Below, in pieces: positions 51,761 to 64,000 of a stretch of 64,000 nt of DNA; the stretch's first letter is position 1, and the number at the start of each line of letters is the position of its first letter. The translations under genes and the position numbers were made by a program. The notes beneath the pieces were generated by a model. The model had not been told where the DNA came from and ran no database searches. It saw nothing but the letters and a program-made list of their open reading frames with translations. Origin of the DNA: Octopus vulgaris (Eukaryota); assembly GCA_951406725.2 (NCBI GenBank), contig OX597825.1:80104001-80168000 (forward strand). Reading direction: 5' to 3'.

Positions 51761-52225
51761 TACATTTTTACAAGTAAATGTTATCAGGAATTGTATTAAA
51801 AAATTGTTAAAGTATTTTGTGTTTTGTCGAGGTATGAGCAATTTATTGCTCATAAGCTTTAAGATCAAGATCTAATATGGAACGCCTCCCCACCACCGGG
51901 TCATGTGGACCTTGGTTGAGAACTGCTGCATTGAATGATGATGATGATGATAGAATCCTACTACTATCTTCAATAGTACAGGAAGCAATGATATGGCTGT
52001 CTGTGATAAGCACCGATGCTTGTTTAAACTGTTGCTTGATTAGCCAAAGCTTATCAAGAACCAAATAACAAGAAATGTATTTTCATCATATGATTTCTGT
52101 TTTAACTGCTTCAATATTCTAAAGAAGGCCCTTCCCAACACCAACCACCTTACAGAGTGGACATAGCCAATGCTCCAAAATGAATTACTTCTGGATCTTA
52201 TTGAATATTTTTTCACTTTCAGAAA

Positions 52226-52333
52226 ATGGCTCTGAAAGGATTGACAGTTTTGGAGTTTGCTGGCCTGGCACCAGCACCATTCTGTGGAATGATTATGGCA
52301 GATTTTGGAGCCAGAGTGATTAGAATAGACCGT
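52226..52333 (+). CDS. AMACR: Alpha-methylacyl-CoA racemase, coding exon 1 ([36 protein letters not shown])
   Basis: CaiB/BaiF (CoA-transferase III) N-terminus; acceptor at 52221-52222, donor GTGAGT at 52334. Missed by the ORF track. Confidence 0.95.
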
Positions 52334-52548
52334 GTGAGTAAATTTATTTCCTAGTTTTTGTTTATTTTATTTATTAACTTTTTTTTTTTGTACACTTTTA
52401 ATTGTCTTTGCATCCATTTTGGAAAACGTGGGGGTGGGGTGAGGAAGGGGACACTCACCAATCGAAGTGAACTCAATCCTTGCCTGAGAGGAAAGTCAAT
52501 GTTGATCCTGGAGGCGTTTGAACTCATAATACAGAGAACTAGAACACC

Positions 52549-52592
<44 letters not shown>

Positions 52593-52661
52593 TTGTTTCA
52601 GTCATTTGGTAATGCGCTCGGTAATGCAGTGAAAGCACGAGATAAAAATATGACTACTGAC

Positions 52662-53050
52662 ATCATCATCGTTTAACGTCCGTTTTCCATGCTAGCATGG
52701 GTTGGACGATTTTGACTGAGGACTGGCGAACCAGATGGCTGCACCAGGCTCCAATCTTGATTTGGCAGTGTTTCTACAGCTGGATGCCCTTCCTAATGCC
52801 AACCACTCCGAGAGTATAGTGAGTGCTTTTTATGTGCCACTGGTACGGAGGCCAGACAGGCAGTACTGGCAATGATCTCGCTTGAATCTTTTTACACATG
52901 GCACAGGTGCCAGTAAGGCGACGTTGGTAACGATCACGCTTGAATGGTGTCCTTTTACGTGCCATGGCATGGGGGCCAGTCAGTTGGTACTGGCAATGAC
53001 CTCGCTCAAATCTCTTTACACATGCCACCAGCACAGGTGCCAGTAAGGCA
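52662..53050 (-). mobile_element. RTE-tail element copy (others at 58000-58230 and 59084-59390 on -, 62450-62668 on +)
   Basis: Begins CATCATCATCGTTTAACGTCC, the reverse complement of the family tail. Confidence 0.8.
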
Positions 53051-53197
53051 ACAATAATAGTAATAGTAGTAGTGGTAGAAGTAGTAATTTATTGTCAGTT
53101 TTTATTGACAAGGGCTGGTGTATGATAAAGAGACAGATGTACAAATACATGCAATTTATGCACAATATGATAAACATATTATCAACGTCAGACTGAG

Positions 53198-53229
<32 letters not shown>

Positions 53230-53648
53230 CTTTTGAACATTACTGTCCTGAGTTCTGGAACTCACAGGGCCAGCTACCTGATATGAGGCCAGTTAACTGG
53301 TTACCATGTGACCAAGATCGCAGCATCCTCCTCGAAGAGGATGCCAGGTGGTCAAGTGTTATTCATTTACGGCTGAGTGGACTTGGAGCAACATAAAATG
53401 AAGTGTTTTGCTCAAGAACTCAATGCACTGCCCAGTTCAGGAATCGAAACCACAACCTTGTGATGGTGAGTGCAACCCTCTAATCCTTAGGCTATGTGAC
53501 TTCACTGGACTAAGATCTGGGACCATTAAAACCAACTTCCATCCATTGAGGGAGATGCTCCTGTATGGCTAGAGGTCAATGAGTGCAACTGATGCAAGAA
53601 ATATAAGATGCTTCTGTATTTCTGATTGATTTCCCTCATCTGTTGCAG

Positions 53649-53787
53649 CCTCAACCTCAGTATTCAATTGATACGTTGGGCCGTGGCAAAGAATCAATAT
53701 GTGTTGATATGAAGAAGCCCAGTGGAACGCAGATAATCAAAAGATTGTCTGAGACGTCTGATGTCCTCATTGAACCTTTCCGAACAG
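53649..53787 (+). CDS. AMACR: AMACR coding exon 2 (PQPQYSIDTLGRGKESICVDMKK...DVLIEPFRT)
   Basis: CAG acceptor, G|GTAGAG donor; RGK.S..D.K and DVLIEPFR motifs. Confidence 0.95.
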
Positions 53788-54027
53788 GTAGAGTTTCTCT
53801 TATTCTTTTATTTGTTTTTTATTCGTTTCAGGCATTTGACCATGCTGCCATGCTGGAGCACTGCCTTTAGTCGAATAAATCGACCCCAGGACTTATTCTT
53901 TGTAAGCTTAGTGCTTATTCTATCGGTGCCTTTTGCTGAACTGCTAAGAAGTTACAGGGATGTAAACATACCAACATCTGTTGTCAAGCGATGGTGGGAG
54001 GACAAACACAGACACACACACAAGCAT

Positions 54028-54070
<43 letters not shown>

Positions 54071-54590
54071 TACACACACACACACACAAATGATATATTT
54101 ATACCTAATTATGATGTCTTTGAATTTTTACTCTCAAGAATATACCCAAGTGAATTTTTTGGCCTAATGCCACAGTAGAAGACACTTGTCCAAAGTGCCA
54201 TGCAGTGGGACTGAACCCAGACATATGTGATTGGGAAGTAAAATTTTTACCCTATAGCTACCCCTCTTCCTATAGTCTCTTTATTTATTTCTATGCTGAT
54301 CACTCCTTTAAGTCTTGCAAACTGCATAGAATATCCGTAACTGATAAGACCCAACAAGACTGAAGCATGTCTGTTACTTTCGTCAATTGCTTTTTTAAAG
54401 ACATCAACATTTATTTTCCGAAAATATGGAGTTATCTCCCTTATTAGATGTAATCTTCTCCAATGATGTTCAAAAAATTATGTATGTGAAATCCTACTGT
54501 ATGTGTACTTAGCATTGTCCTACTTAGTATGTGTACTTAGCATTGTCCCTCGTTCTTGTTCCTTATTCATATTGCTATTTCATTTTCTAG

Positions 54591-54734
54591 GAGTCATGGA
54601 AAAATATGGTTTAGGACCTGAAAGTTTATTGTCTGTTAATCCAAGATTGATTTATACCAGACTTTCTGGCTTTGGACAGAATGGATCTTTGGCAAAAAGA
54701 GTTGGACATGACATCAATTTTCTTGCCATATCTG
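54591..54734 (+). CDS. AMACR: AMACR coding exon 3 ([10 protein letters not shown]...[14 protein letters not shown]...[10 protein letters not shown])
   Basis: TAG/GTAAGA, phase 1/1; catalytic His in GHDIN. Confidence 0.96.
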
Positions 54735-54845
54735 GTAAGAATGGCTTTATTCTTGCTTTTTAATGATTTTATGTAAGTAACTCTGTGTGTGATTAAGAAC
54801 AAACATATTTTCTGATACAGTTCTATATTTAAGAGATGAGGAAAT

Positions 54846-55846
54846 ATGTACATTATTTACATTTGACGGATATTTGTCCTCATCTTGTTTGTTGTTAACA
54901 TGTTTCGGTTTATATACCCTCCGGCCTTCGTCAGGTGTCTTGGGGAAATTTCGAACCTGGGTTCTCATTCCTAAAGTATTTTTTGATGTTATTGTTGTTA
55001 TTATTATTATTGAGTGAGAGAGCAGCGCATGCCATCAAAGTGACACTGGGGTAAAATATACGAAGCCCAGTATACCCATCATGACTACCTGTCTGATAAA
55101 GGTACACCAGGCACATGCATCACAACTATATGTGCACGACATGGTGATCTCATATCAAGATAAACAGCACATGACCTTGCAGGTGAGACCCAGTTAGAAT
55201 TTTCTTCTGGTCAAGTAGCCCACCCAGCTCAAAAGGTCCCTAAATAAGGATTGTTTAAGGATGTTGAACAAACCACCCATGTTTCCAAAGGTGAATTATT
55301 CAAACCCCAAAGAATCCCTCTCAACACATGGCTATGATGCTCCCCCACTACTTCTGCTCATGATCAGAGATGCATATATTGTCAGCCACTAAGGGACATG
55401 CTCAACAGGTTAAGGTCAAACAACTGACAAGCATATCTGGTATTGAGCAGAATATTTGCTGTAGCCCATCTTTTATACCAAGACAAAACAATGTACATGA
55501 TGACACTTCCAATCAGTTAAGATCAGAAGCCACGAGAGCCACTGCCTGGTACTGCATCAGGGCATTATTATTATTATTCAGGTCACTGCTTGGAATCGAA
55601 CTCGGAATCTTGATGTTAGTAGCATATGGCATAGTGATTAAGAGCGTGGGCTACTAACCCCAAGATTTCGAGTTCGATTCCAAGCAGTGACCTAAATAAT
55701 AATAGCATCGAAAAATTCCTTAGGAATGAGAACCCAGGTTCGAAATTTGCCCAAGATTCCTGATGAAGGCTGGAGGATATATAAACCGAAACGTGTTAAC
55801 AACAAACAAGATGAGGACAAATATCCATCAAATGTAAATAATGTAT
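54846..55846. mobile_element. Fold-back element built from two head-to-head tRNA-headed SINE-like arms, interrupted by a ~550-bp insertion (55010-55563)
   Basis: 54846-54990 is the reverse complement of ~55705-55846; 55578-55622 is the reverse complement of ~55645-55693; A/B boxes TGGCATAGTGA / GAGTTCGATTCC. Confidence 0.8.
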
Positions 55847-58792
55847 ATTTTCTGATGTTCAAAACTTAGAAATCCAAAGAATATTTTGAAAACCAAGTAA
55901 AAAGAGAAAAAAAGCAATGCTGCATGATTCGCCAGTTTTGAAGTATTTACTGAACCCATTGTTGCTGGATTCATTCTTTAATTTCTATGTCTTTTACTTG
56001 TTTCAGACATTAGACTGTGGCTATGCTGGGGCACAGCTTTGAAGAATTTTTCAGTTGAATGAATCAATTCCAGCACTTTTTTTTTTAATTACATCACTTT
56101 TCTTCCTGGATACTCTGAAGAAATGTCAGCATGTATTGTAGATGAGACATTTTCTTTTTCTCGCATTTCAACTGCTCCCAAAATAGGGGTGCACCTTATC
56201 CCTTTGGTATTTGGATTGCAATTTCAAACATAATGCTTATGTTTCCACTTCATTTTAAATTAATCCTGCATTATTTGATAGCTTTGAGATTTTGATGATG
56301 TGATTGTTTCTTTCTAAAATGACATTGTAGGGTAGGTGTGAAAGGCCAGAGATGACCAGTTTGGAGATAAAACAGGTGGTAGAATATTTTGGCTGGACAT
56401 GACTGGTTTAAATGCCAAAGGGTTATACATGAGTGCATGTTATACATGGATAAATATGGTAAGAACCCATCAACTTAATTTTGTCATAGATAAGAAAGAA
56501 ACGCCAGCCAAACGATTAATCTGTGCTGATGAAGGGAAATAACCCAGAAACCGCGATACACAGATATTGTTTTGAGCTGAGTGGGGGGTGGTGCTAGATT
56601 CCCTTGTTTGAAAATATAAGGACACAGATTGTGTCGTATAGCCAGCTGGAGACAATGTCTCCTGGGGCTAAATTACAGCAACATTCATCTTAAACCAGGA
56701 CTGCCATGTTATGTTGGCAAACAATCTTTGCTCCAAAGTACTATTGCTGAATATCTCTCGTTGTGAGATTTAGAAATGGTAATTTTCTAAAGAAACACCT
56801 GTTAACCATTTCCATTAAATAAAAAGAGATGGATATTCCTTCCACTGAAATATTAATCATCTATGGATGGATGTGATTGTCTGGAATTATACAATTGTTT
56901 AAAAGGTGAGGAAAGTCCCCAATGAATGGTTGGCTATTTGGCGCTTCCAATTATTAGGATATTTCAAAGAATTACTGATGCAAAATATCTTATAGCAGGA
57001 TGCTTTTCAGAAAGTGAAGGGCATTGTGGATATTTTTCAGTTCCGTTGGTTGCAGTCTATGCCTATGAGTAATAGCCTTATCTTCGTCATCGTCATTTAG
57101 CGTTTGTTTTCCATGCTGGCATAGGTTGGACAGTTTGACCAGAGCTGGCCAGGCTCCAACTGTCTGTTGTGGCAGTGTTTGAAATTGAATTTGCAGTCTG
57201 ACCCTTTTTAGTTCATTCTTCAACTTTCTATCATCTTTTATTCTCATATAAGGGGATGTATTGAAATAATTTGAGGTCATAAGACTATCAGTGGTGCCGT
57301 ATGGTGGGGGCAGCCACTTTATATGCACGTTTGCTGTAGTGGAAGGTATGTTACATTTAAGGAGTTGGGTGGAGAGAAGCAGTCAAAACCCTTATTACAC
57401 CATTGAACACTGTGCTATCCCACCTCCTCTTTCTCTCTCTCTCTCTTGCTTTGCTCCCAATAATTGTAACAGGTGGGTTTTTTTCATTTAGTTGAGGAAG
57501 GAAACGTTACACCCATAGTCTAGCTATTCACCCCCCACAATTTTTTTTAAGGGTTTCTGAAACTGATGGTGTCAAAAGAGCAGAGGTTAGCCCCACATCA
57601 AAGACTTGGTCTGAGTATTTGCAGCACAGGGAACTTCAATAAGGACAACCAAGGATTAGGTGGAATGGGGTGGGGAGTTGAACTACACAACAAGTTTTAT
57701 CTCCCCAGAACTCAGGACACAGGGTTGGAATAACTACCACAGGGTATCTTGTCTTGTCTTCGACCTAACAATTCATTGAATCCTTTGTTCTGGGTTGGTA
57801 CTTTATTTTATGGGCCACGAAAGATGGAAGATAAAGTTGGCCTTGGCAAAGAAATGAGCCTAGAATCCAGAGATCAAAGACAAACATTACAAACTATTTT
57901 GACCTATGTTCCAACCTCTTGGCCATTTCACCATTTTTTAGTGCCTTGCTCAAGAGATTGTTTTCCTTCTGCTCTCTTGTGAAGTAAATGGTACCTTATA
58001 TCATCATCATCATCATCTATCCATTTTCCATGCTAGCATGGGTTGGATGGTTCGACCGGTGTTTGGTAACCCATGGAGGCTGCACCAGGCTCTAGTCTGA
58101 CTTGGCAGTGTTTCTACAGCTGGATGCCCTTCCTAACGCCAACCAATCTGTGAGTGTAGTGGGTGTTTTTTACGTGCCACTAGCACAGGTGCCAGGGGAG
58201 GCTGGCAAATGGCCACAATCAGTTGGTGTGATATAAAACAATTCAGCCATGTCTAAAATACAACATAAAAAGTTTGTTGTCCATGAAACTGAGTCTTACC
58301 CAGAGCACAGCATAATGCTGTTCTGTATTGAAAACTTACCCCCAACACATAAATGGTATCAATAGTTCTTCCTTTTAATGTTTGATATTTTGTTAAGGTG
58401 GTGAGCCATTTCATCTGTCTTCGTGGTTTGAGTTCAAATTCTGTTAAAGCTGACTTTTGCTTTTTATCTATGTTTTGGGGTTGATAAAATAAGTACGAGT
58501 TGAACACTGAAGTTGATGTAATCAACTAGCCCCCTGCCCCCCTCCTCCGAAATTGCTGGCCTTGTGCCAAAATTTGAAGTTATTATTTAAAATTTTGTCT
58601 CCATTTTAATTTTTAAGAATAAAGGGAAAGTCAAGTATTAGCCTCAATGTAACCGACAATAATTTCTACGAGTTTTTTAAGGGAATTATGGTCATCCTAG
58701 ACTGGTTCATTATTTTGAAATATTAAAAAGAGAATAAAAAATATCATTTCATCATAAAATTCATTATTTTCAGATTTCTGTTGATTTTTCAG

Positions 58793-58975
58793 GTTTATTG
58801 TCAACCCTGGGCCGTGCAAATGAACGACCACATGCACCTATCAATCTCTTGGGTGACTTTGCTGGCGGCAGTCTGCTGAGTTTAATAGGAATTCTGCTTG
58901 CTCTTCGTTACCGTTCCCAAACTGGTCAAGGTCAAGTGGTTGATAATAATATGACTGCAGGGGCAGCATACCTTG
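58793..58975 (+). CDS. AMACR: AMACR coding exon 4 (LLSTLGR...PINLLGDFAGG...GQGQVVDNNMTAGAAYL)
   Basis: CAG/GTAAGT, phase 1/1; catalytic Asp in NLLGDFAGG. Confidence 0.96.
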
Positions 58976-59044
58976 GTAAGTGTACCTTGTTTATTTCACC
59001 AAATTAGTTGGTGTACAAAGGCTTACTTTATAGAATATGTATAT

Positions 59045-59960
59045 ATGAGGGGAAGTCAAAAATTATCTGCACTTTCACTATAACATCATCATCATCATCG
59101 TTTAACGTCCATTTTCCATGCTAGCATGGGTTGGACGGTTCGACCGGGGTCTGGGAAGCCAGGAAGCTGCACCAGTCTGATCTGGCAGTGTTTCTACAGC
59201 TGGATGCCCTTCCTAACGCCAACCACTCCGTGAGTGTAGTGGGTGCTTTTTACGTGCCTGGTGAGGCTGGCAACGGCCACGATCGGTTGGTGCTTTTTAT
59301 GTGCCACCGGCACTGGTATCACAACTACAATTTCCATTGATTTTTGATCGATTTCGATTTCGCTTGCCTCAACAGGTCTTTGCAAGCAGAGTTTTACATA
59401 TCTTCATTATTGTCACGCTACCCTCTACGCATCCGTGTTTATAGTTGGTACTATTGGGGTCATATGATCGAAGTTCGAGTCTGATCACACCATTTTTTCT
59501 TTTTCTGGCTTTACAGTGTAAGCATGGCCCCCTCCACTAGCAATGTGCACAAAAGAAGAACAAAGAACAGTAATCTGAGAGATGTTAATGATAAACCGGT
59601 TCACCATTACCATCTCTTGGGCTTGCTGAATCTTCTTGTCAGTAGTGGAAGATGACAGGCGTCCTACTCCCTCTTCGTGTGTCATGCTCGTCCAGCCACT
59701 TATAAACTTCTTGACCCACTCACACACACTTCTACTCAGTAGTCCTAAAAGTCCCCATATTGTGCTAAAAGCCTCTGATGGATTTCAGCCCCTGACACAC
59801 CTTTTGGCCAGAAAACTTGAATCACTGCTCTTTGTTCTTCTAGTGGAGCAGAGGAGGTACTTAGATAATTCTATAATTCTCTCTCAAGTATATCTTCGTC
59901 ACAACTATACACACGTACAAAGTATGGCAAATTTAAATCTGAATTTTCTAGGGGTTCATT
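59045..59960 (-). mobile_element. Degenerate mariner element with a nested RTE-tail
   Basis: TATGAGGGGAAGTCAAAAATTAT end; EWVKKFISGWTSMTHEEGVGRLSSSTT (W...F..G..S..D..R.GRP-like HTH region). Confidence 0.6.
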
Positions 59961-60191
59961 TAATGTTTCAATTTCGACCCTTTACCTGTCCAAAGCATTT
60001 TCATAAATGCTTCTTTCATACATTCTGAATAACATAAACCTTTCCTTTCATAAGTGCCAAGTTATTCTGCTGGACGAAAAAGAATAATTGGGACTGTGTT
60101 TTGTAGAGGATGCATGGATGCCAGGGAAAGATGTCGTGTGTGCCACGTGATGCAGGGAACGGGCAGAGGGTTCATACAACTCTGATTACTA

Positions 60192-60723
60192 TTAACCCTT
60201 TCGTTACTGTATTTCTGTTGAGATGCTCTGTGTTTCTTTCATTTAATCTTGTATATAACAAAGAATTTAGTAAAATCACTTAGTTATTATTATTCAGCTA
60301 GTATTAGGAACATAATTTGTGAGTAAGGTTTGGTGGAAGATTTTAATTCAAAACTTATGTAAACAAGACATTTGTACTCAGAGCCAGAGCTGGTTTCAGC
60401 CAGGCTGGTAATGAAAGGGTTAATTTGCAGATTGGCTTGTTAGAAATAGCAACCAAATCTTGTGCAAATTAAAGACACATTTGACTGACTGTCTTTAACC
60501 CTTTTGTTACCATATTTCTGTTGAGATGCTCTGTGTTTCTTTCATTTAATCTTGTATATAACAAAGAATTTAGTAAAATCACTTAGTTCTCATTATGCTA
60601 GTGTTAAGAACATAAATTGTGACTAAGGTTTAGTGGAAGATTTTAATCCAGAACTTTTGAAAACAAGACATTTGTACTCAGAGCCAGAGGCGGTTTCAGC
60701 CAGGCTGGTAATGAAAGGGTTAA
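60192..60723. mobile_element. Pair of ~230-bp piggyBac MITEs (60192-60423, 60495-60723)
   Basis: Each is TTAA-CCCTTT(C/T)GTTAC ... GTAATGAAAGGG-TTAA; same TIR as the 23.5-kb piggyBac. Confidence 0.88.
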
Positions 60724-61310
60724 ACATGGTGTTGAAAGAGTGGTAGAGATGGGAATGGTAAAGTTCCCGCCACACACACTCATACCGTTCCTCTAACCCT
60801 TTAGCATTCAGATTATTCTGTCAAATGTAATCTTCCATGCATTATCTCATAGCTTTGAGATTTCAATGACATGAATTCATTTTAGAAAGACATTGTAAGG
60901 TTGGTGTGAAAGGCAGGATCTGGCCAGTTTGAACATAAAGCAGGTGGGTTATTTGAGCCAGATGTGGCCACTTTAAATGCTTCAGGGTTAAATGGATTAA
61001 AGTGCCTTTTCTGGTTCAGGGGTTTATCTCTTTAGCGTTCAAATTACTTTGGCAAATGTAAAGCTTAATTCATTCATATTATTTTGAATTAATCCTGTAT
61101 TATCTCATAGATTTGAAATTTCGACGATGTTATTGTCTATATTTAGAATGACATTATAGGGTGGGTGTGAGAGGCTGGATCTGGCTGGTTGAAATGCTAA
61201 ATGGTAAAATTCTGTTGCGGCTGAACTTCCAAAGGTCCAATAAAGCCTGTAACATTTAGGCACTTCACTCAATTGAACCCCTTGAAAATTATTGATTTTT
61301 CTAATTTCAG

Positions 61311-61478
61311 GGAGCTGGATATGGAAGTCTCAAGAGTTACCTCTAGTATGGGGCAAATCTAAAGGGGAAAATCTCTTGGATGGTGGTGCTGCGTATTATG
61401 ATACTTACGAGACATCCGATGGCAAATACATGGCAGTTGGCGCTTTGGAACCACTTTTTTATTCCAATCTTCTTAAAG
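61311..61478 (+). CDS. AMACR: AMACR coding exon 5 (SWIWKSQ...[36 protein letters not shown])
   Basis: CAG/GTAAGA, phase 1/1; LDGGA.FY.TY.T.DG..MAVGA.EP.FY motif. Confidence 0.96.
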
Positions 61479-61544
61479 GTAAGATTAGGGGCACAAATAC
61501 CATTTCTTTTCTTCACACTTTGGAATTATTGCAGTATTCTTATT

Positions 61545-61775
61545 TCTTTACTGCCCATAAGGGGCTAATCACAGAGGGGACAAACAAGGACAGACAAATG
61601 GATTAAGTCGATTGTATCGATCCCAGTGCGTAACTGGTACTTATTTAATTGACCCCGAAAGGATGAAAGGCTAAGTCGACCTCGGTGCAATTTGAACTCA
61701 GAACATAGCAGCAGATGAAATACTGCTTAGCATTTTGCCAGGTGTGCCAACGTTTCTTCCAGTTCTCCGCCTTTT
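61545..61775 (-). mobile_element. SINE-like element (AAGTCGACCTCGG...ATTTGAACTCAGAAC family)
   Basis: Related copies at 2480-2590, 3380-3510, 13360-13555 and 58400-58580. Confidence 0.65.
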
Positions 61776-63261
61776 TATTGCAGTATTCTAGCTATCTCTG
61801 TGTGGCACCTTGGGCAAGTGTCTTCTGCTATAGCCTGATGCCAATGAAAGCCTTGTGAGTAGATTTGGTTGACAGAAACTGAAAGAAGTCCATTGAGTGT
61901 GTGTGTGTTTCCACCTCTGCTTAACAACCGGTGTTGGTGTGTTTACATCCTCATAACTTAGCAGTTCAGCAGAAGAGACTGATAGAATAAGTAGCATGCT
62001 TGAAAAAATGTAAGTACCAGGGTTGATTCATTCAACTAAAAAAAAATTCTTCAAGGCGGTGCCCCAGCAAGGCCACAGTCAAATGACTGAAACAAGTAAA
62101 AGATAACAAGATCTCTCTTTTATTATGGATCAGTTTGCTGTTTTAGAATTTCGTAATTACAAATGATTCATGTTGTAAAGATAGAGAATTAGCTGAGGAA
62201 TATTCAGCCATAAGTTGTCTCATTTATCATTAATCTGGGATAACGTGGTACACTTAACCGTGAACCATGTTATACTCATCACAAATTGAACTGTGATAAC
62301 ATCTTTTGATGATTCATCAAAAATTCTGCTTCAACCACAAAATCATCCTCCAGCCATGACCATCACTTTTATTCATGACTAACTGCAAAAGGTGCATATT
62401 TTTTTCTATAGATTTAAGTACTTGTATCCATCCTGGTTCCACATATAAAGCACTTGTGCCAGTGTCACATGGTGAGCACCCATGCTGGTGCCACATAAAA
62501 AGCATCCAGTAAACTCTGTAAAGTGGTGGTTGGCATTAGGAAGGGCATGCAGCCATAGAAACCATGCAAAGACACAGCTGAAGCCAGATGCAGTCCTCTA
62601 ATTTGCCAGCTTCTCTCAAACCGTCCCACCCATGCCAGCATGGAAAATAGACTTCTAATGAAGATGATTCCCCGTCAACATGGGACCAATGAACAGAAAA
62701 AAATATAAATTTACCAAATTCTAACGAACGAGGCAGACAAGCATATTTTCTACAGTAAAAAGTTATCCTAATCAAGAAAATACTCAACAATGGAAGCTTT
62801 GCTGCTGTGGGCTGCGAGTTTGGTATCAGGGAATCTATCATTCATTCCATTTACTAAGATGCTTCATTTATCACTGCTTCTCAACCAAATCTGTGACAAA
62901 CGAGGTTAGATGTACTTCAACATTTCGAAATATAGACACGAACCTCTGTTTGTTGTTCACTCATCTATTTGGTTCCTTAAGTCTGAATTGATTCCAAAGA
63001 ACTAAGAATACTTCACACTGATCCCACTTCGTCAGTCTGCCCATGGCCACTACTAATGTTTTTGATAATGTTTATAATAGAGAGACTACAGAAACACTCC
63101 TGTAAAATAATTCTCTTCTCATCACATTCGACAGCCAACTACACAAGGGAGACAATCGCTCAAAGCAGCCTCCAACTCATTCAAACCTTTTAAGGCAGTG
63201 CTCCAGCATGGCTGCAGTCAAATGACTGAAACAAGTAAAAGAATAAAAGAGAAGAATATAT

Positions 63262-63426
63262 TTAGGTTGGTGCATAATTATTGAGGCTTTTTGACAATAG
63301 ACTTCAAACAAAACGCCAAGCAGTAATTGAAGTAGATGGTGAATATGCTCCAGAATAATCACTTAAAGGTGTTTTTGTTGAATAAAATTTATTGAAAAAA
63401 GCTGCAATAATTATACATCAACCTAA
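63262..63426. mobile_element. Mariner-type MITE
   Basis: TTAGGTTGGTGCATAATTATTG ... CAATAATTATACATCAACCTAA inverted termini. Confidence 0.7.
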
Positions 63427-63586
63427 TACAATGTTTTTGCCAGGTTTGGCCATGTTGGGGCACTACCAAGTGTGTGGTTGAAATTTATAGGTTTACATAT
63501 ATTTTAGCTTCTTCAAATCCAGTCAAATTTTGTAAAAGAAAAACGTTGTTTCCAAATTTTAATTGAATTTTTTTTCTTTTTCTAAG

Positions 63587-63993
63587 TTTTGGAACTTGAT
63601 GAAAATGACTACCCACAATTCGGTGGTGACCAAGAATACATTCGAAAGGCATTGAAAGGAAAATTTTTGAATCAAACACAGAAATATTGGATTGATAAAT
63701 TTGAAAATATTGATACCTGTTGTACTCCTGTGTTGAGTCTGCAGGAAGCAGCACTTGACTCACATAATAAGACAAACAAATCATTTATGATTGATTCTGA
63801 TGGCAATTCCGTACCTTCACCGTCTCCTCTCTTGTCCAAGTCACCAGCAATTACGTCTGCTAGGGAGGACCCTGTCATTGGTCAACACACACACAAGATT
63901 TTAAAAGAAATCGATTTTACAGAAGAAAAAATCAAGGAATTGATTTCAACTCAAGCTGTGAAGCAAAACTCACCTCTGAATTCTAAACTTTAA
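63587..63993 (+). CDS. AMACR: AMACR coding exon 6 (LELDEND...PVIGQHT...NSKL*)
   Basis: Strong polypyrimidine tract with an AAG acceptor; CTPVLS, P.P.P.LS..P and G.HT..IL motifs; PTS1 SKL. Exons sum to 1149 nt = 382 aa plus stop. Confidence 0.94.
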
Positions 63994-64000
63994 TTTCTCT

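Noticed and set aside
54499-54549. Short tandem duplication (TATGTGTACTTAGCATTGTCC x2) before AMACR coding exon 3
   Set aside because: Real, but most simply a slippage duplication; the acceptor is intact.
55625-55693. tRNA gene
   Set aside because: Has A/B boxes but poor acceptor and anticodon stems, and is embedded in a repeat; it is a SINE head. The same applies to 9618-9690.

Overview
Eukaryotic, AT-rich, microsatellite- and transposon-dense genomic DNA. The repeat content (RTE-type LINE tails ending in (ATG)n, tRNA-derived SINEs, TTAA piggyBac MITEs) suggests an octopus/cephalopod, but this is an inference. Three intact spliced genes were assembled by hand. (1) Alpha-endosulfine/ARPP19 (ENSA; +, 3 coding exons, 694-18262, 162 aa). 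(2) 40S ribosomal protein S17 (RPS17; -, 5 exons, 29728-25658, 136 aa). (3) Alpha-methylacyl-CoA racemase (AMACR; +, 6 coding exons, 52226-63993, 382 aa, C-terminal SKL). RPS17 and a probable non-coding first exon of AMACR sit head-to-head at ~29.75-29.92 kb. The most unusual structure is a ~21 kb mosaic array of transposon fragments (30.0-51.1 kb) inside the inferred AMACR first intron. It holds 11 same-orientation copies of a piggyBac transposase fragment antisense to AMACR, four 490-bp RTE-derived fold-back hairpins whose central segment occurs in both orientations and whose arms share copy-specific changes, and four 2.6-3.0 kb tandem units. It is a candidate hairpin/small-RNA or ADAR-substrate locus with an invertible core; an assembly artefact has not been excluded. 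Most entries in the ORF track are spurious (microsatellites, TE remnants).
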